A stretch of 64,000 nucleotides of DNA. Origin: Candidatus Hydrogenedentota bacterium (GTDB lineage Bacteria; Hydrogenedentota; Hydrogenedentia; Hydrogenedentales; SLHB01). The stretch lies in assembly GCA_963668025.2 (NCBI GenBank), contig CAXXTH010000006.1, forward strand, positions 32,001-96,000, given 5' to 3'. The notes beneath the pieces are model-generated. The model was not told the origin of the DNA, made no database searches, and was given only the letters and a program-made list of their open reading frames with translations. The position numbers and the translations under genes are program-made. Below, in pieces: positions 1 to 9,173 of the stretch; the stretch's first letter is position 1, and each line of letters starts with the position of its first letter.

Positions 1-10
1 AGGATGTATC

Positions 11-394
11 ATGGCGTATCTGCTATTGGTGATGGGTGCGTTGTTCTTGGGGCAGCAGCCGGATTCGGGCGCGGTCGTGCAAAAGGATACGCTGTCATCT
101 GGAAGCTCCACAACCCAGCAGTCCCAAACACCTCCCGCTGCCGTAAAAGAGACGCCGCCCGCTACGGTGAAAAAGTCGCCGCCCCCTGCCGTAAAAGGGA
201 CGCTGCCTGCGGCGCAAAATACGGCGCAACAAGCAAAAACACCACAAACCAACGTACAAGAAATAAAGACGCAAGAACCAAAAACGGAAGAAAAAAGCCC
301 AAGTAGTGATAGCAAACCGGCTGTGCAGCCGGAGCCACGGCCAGCCAAGAGCAAGCGCGTGGCGGTATTCTGGACCATACTCCCGGAGAATTAA
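11..394 (+). CDS. Small exported Pro/Lys/Gln-rich hypothetical protein
   Basis: ATG after GGATG; hydrophobic N-terminus MAYLLLVMGALFLG; low-complexity PPAAVK repeats; abuts the next gene. Confidence 0.55.
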   Translation: MAYLLLVMGALFLGQQPDSGAVVQKDTLSSGSSTTQQSQTPPAAVKETPPATVKKSPPPAVKGTLPAAQNTAQQAKTPQTNVQEIKTQEPKTEEKSPSSDSKPAVQPEPRPAKSKRVAVFWTILPEN

Positions 395-398
395 ACCA

Positions 399-3300
399 GT
401 GCGAACTCTTTTTCACTCTGCAATGTCCTGCGTGGGAGCGGCGCTCTTATGCGCATGTGCGGCGCAGCCTGCCTGGGCCGCCGGTTTCCAGCATTTCGCC
501 GTGGATGCGCAATTCCGTGACGCGGCGATTGATGCATCGGGGGGCATCGCATATGCCGCCGTTTACAACACGAACGAGGTGCGCCGCATCGCGCTGCCAT
601 CAGGTGAAAACACCGGTTCTGTCCCCGTGAGCGCAGGCCCGTCAGCGGTGGCGTTAAGCGCCGATGGAACGTTGCTCGCTAGCGTGGGGCGTCTATCGGG
701 CGAGGTGACGCTCGTGCGCGTGCCCGGCATGGAAGTGGTTGCAACCGTGCCGTGCGGCAAAGGCGCTTGCGCGGTGGCCGCCCTTCCGGGCAGTGGTTTC
801 GCCGTAGCGAATAGTTTTAATGATGCAGTGGTGATAATCGAGCCAAGCCGCCCGGATGCTCCGGTTGTCCTATCCAATGTCGCAAGCGTGCCCATGGCCG
901 TGGCGGCTTCCGAAACCTACCTGGCAGTCTGCACACGCGTTCCCGCTGCGGTATTGCTGTATAAGGCCGGTTCAACACAGCCGGAATTCACGTGGCCGCT
1001 CGAGGCCGAACCCCGCGCAATCGCTGCTTTGCCCCATGATCAATTCGTGGTCGCCGCCGCCAATGGGCTGGCCATTCTAGATGCCACGCATCAAAAAAAC
1101 GTTGCGTCAAACGCAACGGCTGCAATAGATATCGTAGCGGCTGGCGGCGGCATTTTCGCGCTGGCGGATGGCGCAATCGAGGAATATGATGGCAATTTGG
1201 CGTTGCTAAACAGAGAAATGGCCCCGGGCGCGCGCGTGATTGCCGCACGCGACCAAACGGTGATCGCGCTTGCGCCTGCCGATAAAACCTTGTATGCCCG
1301 GGGCGCATCCATACCCGCGCCAGTGGCGGTAGAAACACCTGCGCCTCCCGTTTTACCCGAATCCGTTGCAGCGCCGGAGCCTGCGGGTTCTCCCGAACCA
1401 GTGGTTTCACTCGAATCCGCGCCCGATGAAAAGCCTGAGCCGGCCTCTGAGGATGTTCCTGTCGCCGAGGCCGCGCCTGTGGAATCTGCTCCGGAATCGG
1501 TGCAAGAAGAGGCCGCTGCTGCTACGGATACAACGAAAACTGAAGCGGCTCCTGCTGCCGCCGATATGGCGCCCGAAGCCAGTGAAGACATTATCCCGCC
1601 GGAAGCGGATATTCCTCCGCAATTACTGGGAGGCAAAGGGGTAAGCGCGCCCGATTTTACGCATATGGCCCCGGGCTTGCCGGGATATGGCCAGCCGGAG
1701 CAGAACATCACGGAAGCGCTGACCCAAGGTTTCGGCCTGACGGGGCAAGGGCAGGGATTTGTCCAGCCGGATTGGCGGCAACCCCTGCGCGACCTCAAGG
1801 CGGAAAAGACGGAAGTCCTTGGAGCGGAAGGCCAAAGCGAGGTGCGCGCAACAGGCAATGTCCAGCTTACGCTCGATAACTCCGCGTTCCGCATGGATAG
1901 TTTCTACTGGAATCAGAAAACAGGCGAGATGTCCGCGGAAGGTGACGTGAGCGTCCGCCAGCGTGAATCCATGCTCAAGGCCAAGAGCATTTATTATACC
2001 GTGCCGCCCGAGGAGGCCGTGAAAGATGCGCCGCCCGCGCCTCTGGCTTCGGGTGAAGCCTTGGCTCCTGAACAGGCCAAAGCGAAGAAACGGCTTTCGC
2101 AAGGCCGCCTCATCGCCCATGACATTGTCCTCACGGAACCCTTCCGGCAAGTAAAAGCGGATCTCCTCGAATACGATTTCGCCACCGAAACGGGCCGGCT
2201 CGTGAACCCCACGGGCACTGTGCTGGGCAATATGAGCGGCAATACGGTCGCGGTTTATTTCGGTGCGGCGGACATTATTTTCTCTGGCCCCAAAAGCGTC
2301 GAGGTGAACCAGTTGTGGCTTACGCCATGTAACACAGAGCCGACGCCCTTTCGCTTGCTGATCAACAAAGCTTCCATGGAGCAAGGAAAAATGGTGCGCG
2401 GCACGGGTGCGCGCCTCCAAGTAGGAAAATTCAAGACGCCGCTCTACTGGCCAAGATGGTCATATGAGGTCGGCCAAAGCCAAACCTTAGGCTTCGATTT
2501 TGACAGTGGGCGCGGCGCGGATATCGGCTACTTTATTAATTTTGGACAGCGGTTCTCCGTGAATCCTAATTTTAACCTCGGCTACCGGCTCTATCCGACA
2601 GAGAAAGAAGGCGTTGGCCTTGGATTTGAAGGCAGCTACGATTTCATGAAAACGCCATCATCGCCCCTGTTTCGCGGTAAAGGCGATTTTAAGGTCATGG
2701 GCACCACGAAAGACAGCGGATATGTCCAGGCATATCACCGCCAGGAAATAAATGACAACACCGTGATGCTGGCGCAATGGGAACGCTGGTTCAAGGAAGA
2801 TTTCGTCAAGAATTTCTATTATGACGAATACCACAACCGCACGGAACCGCGCTCCTTTGTGAATGTGACATATACGAAGCCGGATTATATCGCCACAGCG
2901 ACGGTCCGGCCGAATTCCAATGGATTTGTCTCTGAGACGGAACGACTGCCCGAGGCGGCCTTCCATATGCTCGATCGCCCGCTTTTCGGCAGGCTCTACC
3001 TCTCGTACGACACCATAAACGGTTATAACGAGCGCGAGCCGTACGGATACCATTCGGTGCGGTCCGTCAACGTAGGCCGCCTTACGCTGGATACGGACTT
3101 ATCGGAAGCTTTCAGTGTGACGCCATTTGTGGAAGCCGAGGGCACCTATTACTCGAATGTGAATCGCACGTCTTTCGAGAGCGGCGACGAAGATGATTTC
3201 CGCTTCTCGACGAACACGGGCGTTACAGCGCAGACCCGTTTTCACCGGGCGTATGACGGCCGTTGGGGATTCTCCGGCTTCAAACACATCATCGTTCCCT

Positions 3301-4055
3301 CCATTACATATTCGTACCGCCCCGAGCCCACCATGAGCGTCATGGAGACGCCGCGGTTCGACGCGTATGACGATGTGTACGGCCGCAGCCGCATCGAAAC
3401 GAAAATCGATAATTTGTTATACGGCCGGGACGCCGTAACCAAGCAAGTGTGGCAGGTGGCCCGCCTCACGCTTTACCAGGGCAACGATACCTGGAATGAA
3501 ATCCGGAAAGCCGAAGATTACGAAATCGAGATGGATTTGCGCCCGCGCCCATGGTGGGGCCTGCAAATGGTGGCGGAACGCCATATCGCCAGCGATGAAT
3601 TGGCTGATGACGCGCCCTACGGCAACGCCTTGCGCTGGCTCGAGTTCGCCGAAGACGTGGTGGGCAGGCCCGTCGATCCCGATCTGCTCTATCGGTTTAA
3701 CGCCCAATATGGCAGTTTCGACCGCGTATTAGGCTATGTTTATTATGATGACACCGTATTCAGCGGCGGCCGTTTCAATGGCCGGATAGGCTTCGCCTAT
3801 ACCAAGACACGCAATCAAGTGTACAACCGCGAAATCTTATACGGCATGGGCTACCGGCTCAGTGATGAATGGTCGGTGGCATTCGAACACCGCTATGATT
3901 TCGAGCGCAATGATTTGTACCGGCAGCAGTATGAAGTCCGCCGTAAATGGCGCTGCTGGGAAACAGCCTTAACTTTCCGGGAACGCAGGCAAGGATGGGA
4001 TATCGGGTTTGAAATGAGCCTCGCCGCCTTCCCCGGCACACGGCTGAAGTTCTAG
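399..4055 (+). CDS. LptD-like LPS-assembly outer-membrane protein with an N-terminal beta-propeller and a Pro/Ala/Glu linker
   Basis: Signal peptide ending AQPAWA; YVTN-like propeller repeats (GPSAVALSADG); OstA-like region (ATGNVQL, AEGDVSV); long beta-barrel ending in Phe. Start placed at the in-frame GTG 399. Confidence 0.7.
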   Translation: MRTLFHSAMSCVGAALLCACAAQPAWAAGFQHFAVDAQFRDAAIDASGGIAYAAVYNTNEVRRIALPSGENTGSVPVSAGPSAVALSADGTLLASVGRLSGEVTLVRVPGMEVVATVPCGKGACAVAALPGSGFAVANSFNDAVVIIEPSRPDAPVVLSNVASVPMAVAASETYLAVCTRVPAAVLLYKAGSTQPEFTWPLEAEPRAIAALPHDQFVVAAANGLAILDATHQKNVASNATAAIDIVAAGGGIFALADGAIEEYDGNLALLNREMAPGARVIAARDQTVIALAPADKTLYARGASIPAPVAVETPAPPVLPESVAAPEPAGSPEPVVSLESAPDEKPEPASEDVPVAEAAPVESAPESVQEEAAAATDTTKTEAAPAAADMAPEASEDIIPPEADIPPQLLGGKGVSAPDFTHMAPGLPGYGQPEQNITEALTQGFGLTGQGQGFVQPDWRQPLRDLKAEKTEVLGAEGQSEVRATGNVQLTLDNSAFRMDSFYWNQKTGEMSAEGDVSVRQRESMLKAKSIYYTVPPEEAVKDAPPAPLASGEALAPEQAKAKKRLSQGRLIAHDIVLTEPFRQVKADLLEYDFATETGRLVNPTGTVLGNMSGNTVAVYFGAADIIFSGPKSVEVNQLWLTPCNTEPTPFRLLINKASMEQGKMVRGTGARLQVGKFKTPLYWPRWSYEVGQSQTLGFDFDSGRGADIGYFINFGQRFSVNPNFNLGYRLYPTEKEGVGLGFEGSYDFMKTPSSPLFRGKGDFKVMGTTKDSGYVQAYHRQEINDNTVMLAQWERWFKEDFVKNFYYDEYHNRTEPRSFVNVTYTKPDYIATATVRPNSNGFVSETERLPEAAFHMLDRPLFGRLYLSYDTINGYNEREPYGYHSVRSVNVGRLTLDTDLSEAFSVTPFVEAEGTYYSNVNRTSFESGDEDDFRFSTNTGVTAQTRFHRAYDGRWGFSGFKHIIVPSITYSYRPEPTMSVMETPRFDAYDDVYGRSRIETKIDNLLYGRDAVTKQVWQVARLTLYQGNDTWNEIRKAEDYEIEMDLRPRPWWGLQMVAERHIASDELADDAPYGNALRWLEFAEDVVGRPVDPDLLYRFNAQYGSFDRVLGYVYYDDTVFSGGRFNGRIGFAYTKTRNQVYNREILYGMGYRLSDEWSVAFEHRYDFERNDLYRQQYEVRRKWRCWETALTFRERRQGWDIGFEMSLAAFPGTRLKF

Positions 4056-4225
4056 GCCTCAGAAGCGCAAGTAGTATGATGCCTGTCTGCCTTCCTGTAT
4101 AGAAGGCCCAGGAGCTGTTGCGCACAATTTGTTCGCTGCGGAGAACGCGCCGCTGGTGTGGTGCGTTCTACTTGCGCAGACCGTATGCGAACAGTATGGA
4201 GAAGCCCCATGCGCAAGGAATCTAT

Positions 4226-5410
4226 ATGCGAGTCCAATTAAAGACCCACATCGAGCATCTTCTCCCATCTATCATCGAATTACGCCACGAATTACATCAA
4301 CACCCTGAAATACGCTTTCAAGAGGTGTGGACCTCGGGGCGCATCGCCCAGTTTCTCGACAATATTGGCGTTTCCTATCAGCGCGGCTATGCCGGAGGCA
4401 CGGGCATTGCCGCCACGATAAGAGGCGGTCCTGGCCGCACCATCGCGTTGCGCGCGGATATGGACGCCCTCGAGATTCAAGAGGAAACCGGGCTGCCCTA
4501 TGCCTCTCAGATCCCAAACCGCATGCATGCCTGCGGGCATGACGGCCATTCGGCCATCCTCTGCGGTGTGGCGCGCGTGCTTCAAGAATGGCGGGACGAA
4601 TTGCATGGCACAGTCAAGCTCCTCTTTCAGCCAGGCGAAGAGACCGCGGCAGGCGGACGCTTGATTGTGGAAGAGGGCCTGCTCGATGATGTGGACGCGG
4701 TCTTCGCCCTGCATGGCTGGCCCAGCATTCCACTGGGGCGGATTGCCGTAAAAAGCGGCTGGCTCATGGCGGGTGCTCGTGATTTCCATATTACGGTGCG
4801 CGGGAAAGGATGCCATGGGGCGGATCCTGCTTCTGGGGTAGATCCCATTGTCGCCGCTTCCCATATCGTGCTCGCTCTGCAAACGATCGTGAGCCGCGAA
4901 GTGGACCCCTGGGAGACCGGCGTGGTGACGGTTGGCGTGTTCCAAGCAGGACAGGCCACGAATATCATCCCTGAAACCGCCATCCTTCGCGGAACGATGC
5001 GCAGCTTGAATCCAGCGGTTCTTGATCATATCGCGGATGCCGTGCGCCGTGTCGCGGAGCAAACCGCCCAGACATTCCGCGCCGCCGCCACGATGCAATT
5101 GGGTTCGATTCCGTATCCGCCGCTCTATAACGACCCGGGCATGACGCAATTCCTGCGCGAAACGGTGGAAGAAGTGTTGGGGCCCGAACACCTCATGGAA
5201 CTCGAACATCCCAACATGGCGGCGGAAGACTTTGCGTTTTACCTTCAAAAGAAGCCGGGAGCCATTTTCTATGTGGGGGTGAATCCGAATCCAACGGAAG
5301 CCTATCCGTTGCTTCATAATCCGCGGTATGACTTCACGGACGCCGCGCTTGCGCCTGCCATCCAGACCATGGCGGGTTTGGCCTTACGCTTCTTGCATAG
5401 CCCGTCTTAA
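4226..5410 (+). CDS. M20D family amidohydrolase
   Basis: Motifs LHQHPE, ALRADMDAL, MHACGHDGH, FQPGEE, AEDF, LHNPRYDF. Confidence 0.92.
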   Translation: MRVQLKTHIEHLLPSIIELRHELHQHPEIRFQEVWTSGRIAQFLDNIGVSYQRGYAGGTGIAATIRGGPGRTIALRADMDALEIQEETGLPYASQIPNRMHACGHDGHSAILCGVARVLQEWRDELHGTVKLLFQPGEETAAGGRLIVEEGLLDDVDAVFALHGWPSIPLGRIAVKSGWLMAGARDFHITVRGKGCHGADPASGVDPIVAASHIVLALQTIVSREVDPWETGVVTVGVFQAGQATNIIPETAILRGTMRSLNPAVLDHIADAVRRVAEQTAQTFRAAATMQLGSIPYPPLYNDPGMTQFLRETVEEVLGPEHLMELEHPNMAAEDFAFYLQKKPGAIFYVGVNPNPTEAYPLLHNPRYDFTDAALAPAIQTMAGLALRFLHSPS

Positions 5411-5472
5411 CCTATGCGCAGGCTGGAGGGCCATGCTCTCCAGCCTGCGATCCCGGTTAGCCCGTCTTCCCA

Positions 5473-5673
5473 TTATTGCCCAGGCGCAGCGCGCTCCGCG
5501 CCATCATCTTGCTGGGCTGTTTCACGGCGGCGCTGCATCACGGCTTGATTGAGCACAAACTCGATCTGCCCATTCACACTGCGAAACTCGACCGCCGCCC
5601 ATGCCTGTATTTCCTCGAACAAGCGGGCGTCGATGCGCAGTAAATATTCTTTCTTTCGTGCCATGAGATCCAT
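5473..5673 (-). CDS. Arc/ribbon-helix-helix DNA-binding protein
   Basis: KEYLLRID...WAAVEFRSVNGQIEFVL pattern, typically found next to SPFH genes. Confidence 0.75.
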   Translation of the reverse strand: MDLMARKKEYLLRIDARLFEEIQAWAAVEFRSVNGQIEFVLNQAVMQRRRETAQQDDGAERAAPGQ

Positions 5674-5695
5674 CTTTATCGAAGCCGCATGACCG

Positions 5696-6652
5696 TTAAT
5701 GATACAAGGTGCCCGTGTTGATTACAGGCTCCACATCGCGGTCCCCGCACAGGACCACGAGCAAATTGCTGACCATGGCGGCTTTCCGTTCATCGTCGAA
5801 TTCGAGCACATGCCGGTTGGATAGTTCCTCCAAAGCCATTTCCACCATGCTCACTGCGCCTTGGACGATCTTCTGCCGCGCGGCGATAATCGCTTCCGCC
5901 TGCTGGCGGCGCAGCATGGCGCCCGCGATCTCGGTGGAATACGCCAAGTGGGTGAGGCGCGCCTCTTCGACTACGACGCCCGCTTTGTCCAGCCGGGCCT
6001 GCAATTCTTGCTGCAATGCGTTGCTGATGGCCTCCGTGCCGTCCCGAAGCGTGATTTCGTCGCCGGTGTCGTTGCCGCCATGATCATACGGATAACAATT
6101 GGCGAGATGGCGGACCGCCGTTTCGCTCTGCACGCGCACATAATTACGGTAATCATCCACATCGAACATGGCTTGCGCCGTATTGCGCACATACCAGACC
6201 ACCACCGCGCCAATATCGATGGGATTGCCACGCAAGTCGTTTACTTTCAACGTCTGGGTCTCAAAATTCCGCGCCCGCAATGATATGCGGTAGCCATTGG
6301 GCCTGCTCACCCATTGTTGTTTGCCTGGCGTATCCGGTGAAGCCTCGATGGCTATGGAGCCATGGTGAACGCTAAACGGATTGGCCCAATGAAAACCTTC
6401 CTCCCGGACCGTCCCCACGTATTTGCCAAACAACACGAGCACTTGCGCCTCATTGGGCTGCAATGTAAAAAAGCCTATAGTCATCAATATCGCAAATGGC
6501 CCCAATAACACGAGGAAAACAATGAGGCCTGCCGAAGCCACACTCTGAATGATCATGAACCCGATCAACGCGGGTATAACCAGCCACAACAGAATAATCA
6601 ATGGCAACATCACCCACCCGCTCATTACTTGCTGTTCTCGTTCCGGCGTCAT
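5696..6652 (-). CDS. SPFH/band 7 domain membrane protein
   Basis: Two N-terminal TM helices; QPNEAQVLVLFGKYVGT; LKVNDLRGNPIDI; AMLRRQQA; VINTGTLY C-terminus. Confidence 0.92.
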   Translation of the reverse strand: MTPEREQQVMSGWVMLPLIILLWLVIPALIGFMIIQSVASAGLIVFLVLLGPFAILMTIGFFTLQPNEAQVLVLFGKYVGTVREEGFHWANPFSVHHGSIAIEASPDTPGKQQWVSRPNGYRISLRARNFETQTLKVNDLRGNPIDIGAVVVWYVRNTAQAMFDVDDYRNYVRVQSETAVRHLANCYPYDHGGNDTGDEITLRDGTEAISNALQQELQARLDKAGVVVEEARLTHLAYSTEIAGAMLRRQQAEAIIAARQKIVQGAVSMVEMALEELSNRHVLEFDDERKAAMVSNLLVVLCGDRDVEPVINTGTLYH

Positions 6653-7042
6653 GGCGCAATCCTCCTGTTTGCCTGCATCTGATTATGGCAGGCCTATCAA
6701 TTTCTATCTTTATGATATCATATTCATATCCATTATGCAAGGTTCCATTCCCCAAATCCCCAAATCGCCGGATAAGGTTGTTGCATCTCATTTGATATCG
6801 TACAATCCGATATAGGTGATCATTTTAACGCACAAGGCGCGAAGAACGCGGAGGTCTGCAAAGTAGAAATGATGTACTCCCGAACAATTTCTTCGCATAT
6901 TCAAAAATGAATTATATGAACGGAAATAGAGAGAAGTGTATTCTCTGTACTACTATATGGCAAGACGTTGTTTTCTTGCAACGATTTTGCATATAACACA
7001 AATCATATCAAATAGTTACGGAATATGATTTTTATGTGCCGT

Positions 7043-7170
7043 TGTAGGAGCGTGTTGCACGCGCCCTCTCCTTTCTCGCATGGGCGAGACGCCCATGCCA
7101 GGGGAGTTGCAAAAACATGGTAGAGGATATATTCGCGTTCATTCGCGTCCATTCGCGGTAAAAAAACGAA
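7043..7170. repeat. Composite dispersed REP/MITE-like repeat (copy 1)
   Basis: TGTAGG..GCACGCGCC + GCATGGGCGAGACGCCCATGC palindrome + (ATTCGCGTTC)n; a near-identical copy lies at 38095-38223. Confidence 0.8.
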
Positions 7171-7208
7171 TATTATCTTAACAAATAAAATACCTGCTGC
7201 GGGTTTGC

Positions 7209-9030
7209 GAGGCATTTGCGAAATAGCGTGGTTTGCGAACGCGCGGACGGTGCGGGCACACGCGGAGCGGTTTTCGCCTGTGGCAATGGGATTACGCCTC
7301 CGCTACGGGTGCAATAAATCATGCAGGAGGTTCGCGTGTAGGACCCTTGCGGCCCGAATGGGCATGGTTTGCCCTTGATTCGGGCCATCATTGCTTGTGC
7401 GGATTCGATGTGATCTATGCGGCGCGGGGCTGTCCGAGGAGCGAGCGCATGCGTTCTGCCTGGCCGGCTTCGAGCCATCCCAGGGCCATGCCGAGCATGA
7501 CGAGGAGGGCTAATCCGGTGCGGGCGCGCATCTTTTTCATACCGCGGATGTAGTGGCGCTCGAATCCGTATGCGCCGTCGAGTCGGCTGTTGACTCGCTC
7601 GATGGCGGTGCGGTGTTTGTATTCGCGGCGCCAGGATTTGGCGCTGCGGGGCAGGGGGGTAAAGATGCGCCGGTCGATAGCGATGGGCACGCGGACAATC
7701 CGTCCGTGTTCGGGCTGGCATCCTTGGTTGCAGAGGTCTTGCTGGGTACAGGCGCTCCCGCGTGCCTTGGCTGGGCAACGGTATTTCAAGGTTCCCCGAT
7801 CTTGCTCGAATCCTTGGTAGGCCATGGAATCATAGTTGTCGCGTTCGTTTGGGGCGCCGTTACGACACCGGCAGAGGACTTCACCTCGTTCGGTATGGAA
7901 GATCGTGTCTACCCGTTCGGGATATAAAGGGCGGGGCCGTTCCGGTTCTTCTTTCCAGGTCGCCCGGATGTCCACGATGGGCCGGATTTCATGTTCCTCG
8001 AAGAGGCCCTTGTTGTTGGCTTCGGAATCATAGCCCTTGTCGGCGCTGAGGTACTCGGCGCGTTGGACGAGTTCGGGGTGGCGCGCGTCGAGAGCCGCCA
8101 CGAGGGGCAGCAGAAAGGGCGAGTCGTTGGCGCTGGCTTTCGTGACCGCGTAGCCCAGCGGCAATTCATATTTCGTGTCCACGATGAGGTGCAGCTTGTA
8201 GCCGAACCACCGTTTGACCTTCTCCCAGGGCGTGCCGTCCTTGTGAACGCCCTTGTAGGTTTTCGTGCCCCAGTCTGCGTCGCGGTCGCGCCGCCCGTCC
8301 GGCTCTTCGTTTTCCAGGACCGCGTCTTTGCGCGGAGGCTTGGCGTGGGTTTGGATGGCTTTCGAGTCTACGGCCAGACGCACCCCGAGATCCGGCAAGC
8401 GTTCCATCAGCCGGACGATGAGCGCGTCGAACATCCGGTCCACTTCTTTCCAGTGGCGCAGTAATCTGGCGAAGAACCGCGTGTACACCCATTCGGGCGG
8501 GACCGCCTTGGCGCCCCGCAACACGTCGAATCCGCACAACTGGCGCAATTGCCCGTTTCGGGCTAGTTCGCGGCGCAGGCTTTCGACGCCGTCGTGCTGG
8601 AAGACGATCCCCGCCAGTATGCTGTTCCACATCGCGCGGATAGGATAATCGTCGCGCCGCCCCTTGCGTTCGGCTTCCATCGCCCGCATCAAATCTTCAT
8701 CCGGCAGCGCCGCCAGCAACAGGTTCAGCCGATCCAGATCCGACGCCGCGTCGACCTGGTTCCACGAGAACAACCCCATTTGGTGTATAATGGCCATCGC
8801 AAACGTCTCCTTGGTGTGTGCGTGGTTATGTGGTCAACTATACTACAATCACACACGGGAGACGTTACGCCTTTTCCCGCTCGCCGAGGGCATTTGGGGT
8901 GATTTTTCACAAAAAATCCTTATTCATGCCCCCGCCAAGCCCCTTTCCCCGCATTCTCCGGGGTAGGCGCCAATTCCGCCGCTTTGTAAACCCTTGTCAA
9001 TACGGATTTTCTTTATTTCGCAAATGCCTC
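7209..9030 (-). mobile_element. Insertion sequence (DDE, IS1182/IS5-like)
   Basis: Perfect 17-bp TIRs GAGGCATTTGCGAAATA (7209-7225) and TATTTCGCAAATGCCTC (9014-9030); flanking 6-bp direct repeat GTTTGC (7203-7208, 9031-9036). Confidence 0.92.
7415..8797 (-). CDS. DDE transposase
   Basis: AVDSK, WFGYKLHLIVD, ADKGYDS, YKHRTAIERVNSRL motifs; DUF772-like N-terminus. Confidence 0.93.
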   Translation of the reverse strand: MAIIHQMGLFSWNQVDAASDLDRLNLLLAALPDEDLMRAMEAERKGRRDDYPIRAMWNSILAGIVFQHDGVESLRRELARNGQLRQLCGFDVLRGAKAVPPEWVYTRFFARLLRHWKEVDRMFDALIVRLMERLPDLGVRLAVDSKAIQTHAKPPRKDAVLENEEPDGRRDRDADWGTKTYKGVHKDGTPWEKVKRWFGYKLHLIVDTKYELPLGYAVTKASANDSPFLLPLVAALDARHPELVQRAEYLSADKGYDSEANNKGLFEEHEIRPIVDIRATWKEEPERPRPLYPERVDTIFHTERGEVLCRCRNGAPNERDNYDSMAYQGFEQDRGTLKYRCPAKARGSACTQQDLCNQGCQPEHGRIVRVPIAIDRRIFTPLPRSAKSWRREYKHRTAIERVNSRLDGAYGFERHYIRGMKKMRARTGLALLVMLGMALGWLEAGQAERMRSLLGQPRAA

Positions 9031-9173
9031 GTTTGCTATACTGGCTTGTCCCAGCGCAAGGGAAGGTGTATCATGCGGTTCCGTCTTTGCTTATGAACGG
9101 AGCGGAGCCCAATACGAGGGGTCGCAGCATAGGCAAGAGCGCATGTATCAGGCGTATTGCTAAGGATTCTAGA

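Noticed and set aside
4292-5317. 341-aa minus-strand ORF
   Set aside because: Antisense shadow of the M20 amidohydrolase
5473-6652. SPFH + Arc-like pair as a novel system
   Set aside because: A widespread, commonly annotated gene pair
8994-9173. N-terminal extension of the radical SAM ORF
   Set aside because: It begins inside the IS end; the family-typical start MKILLVN is at 9174
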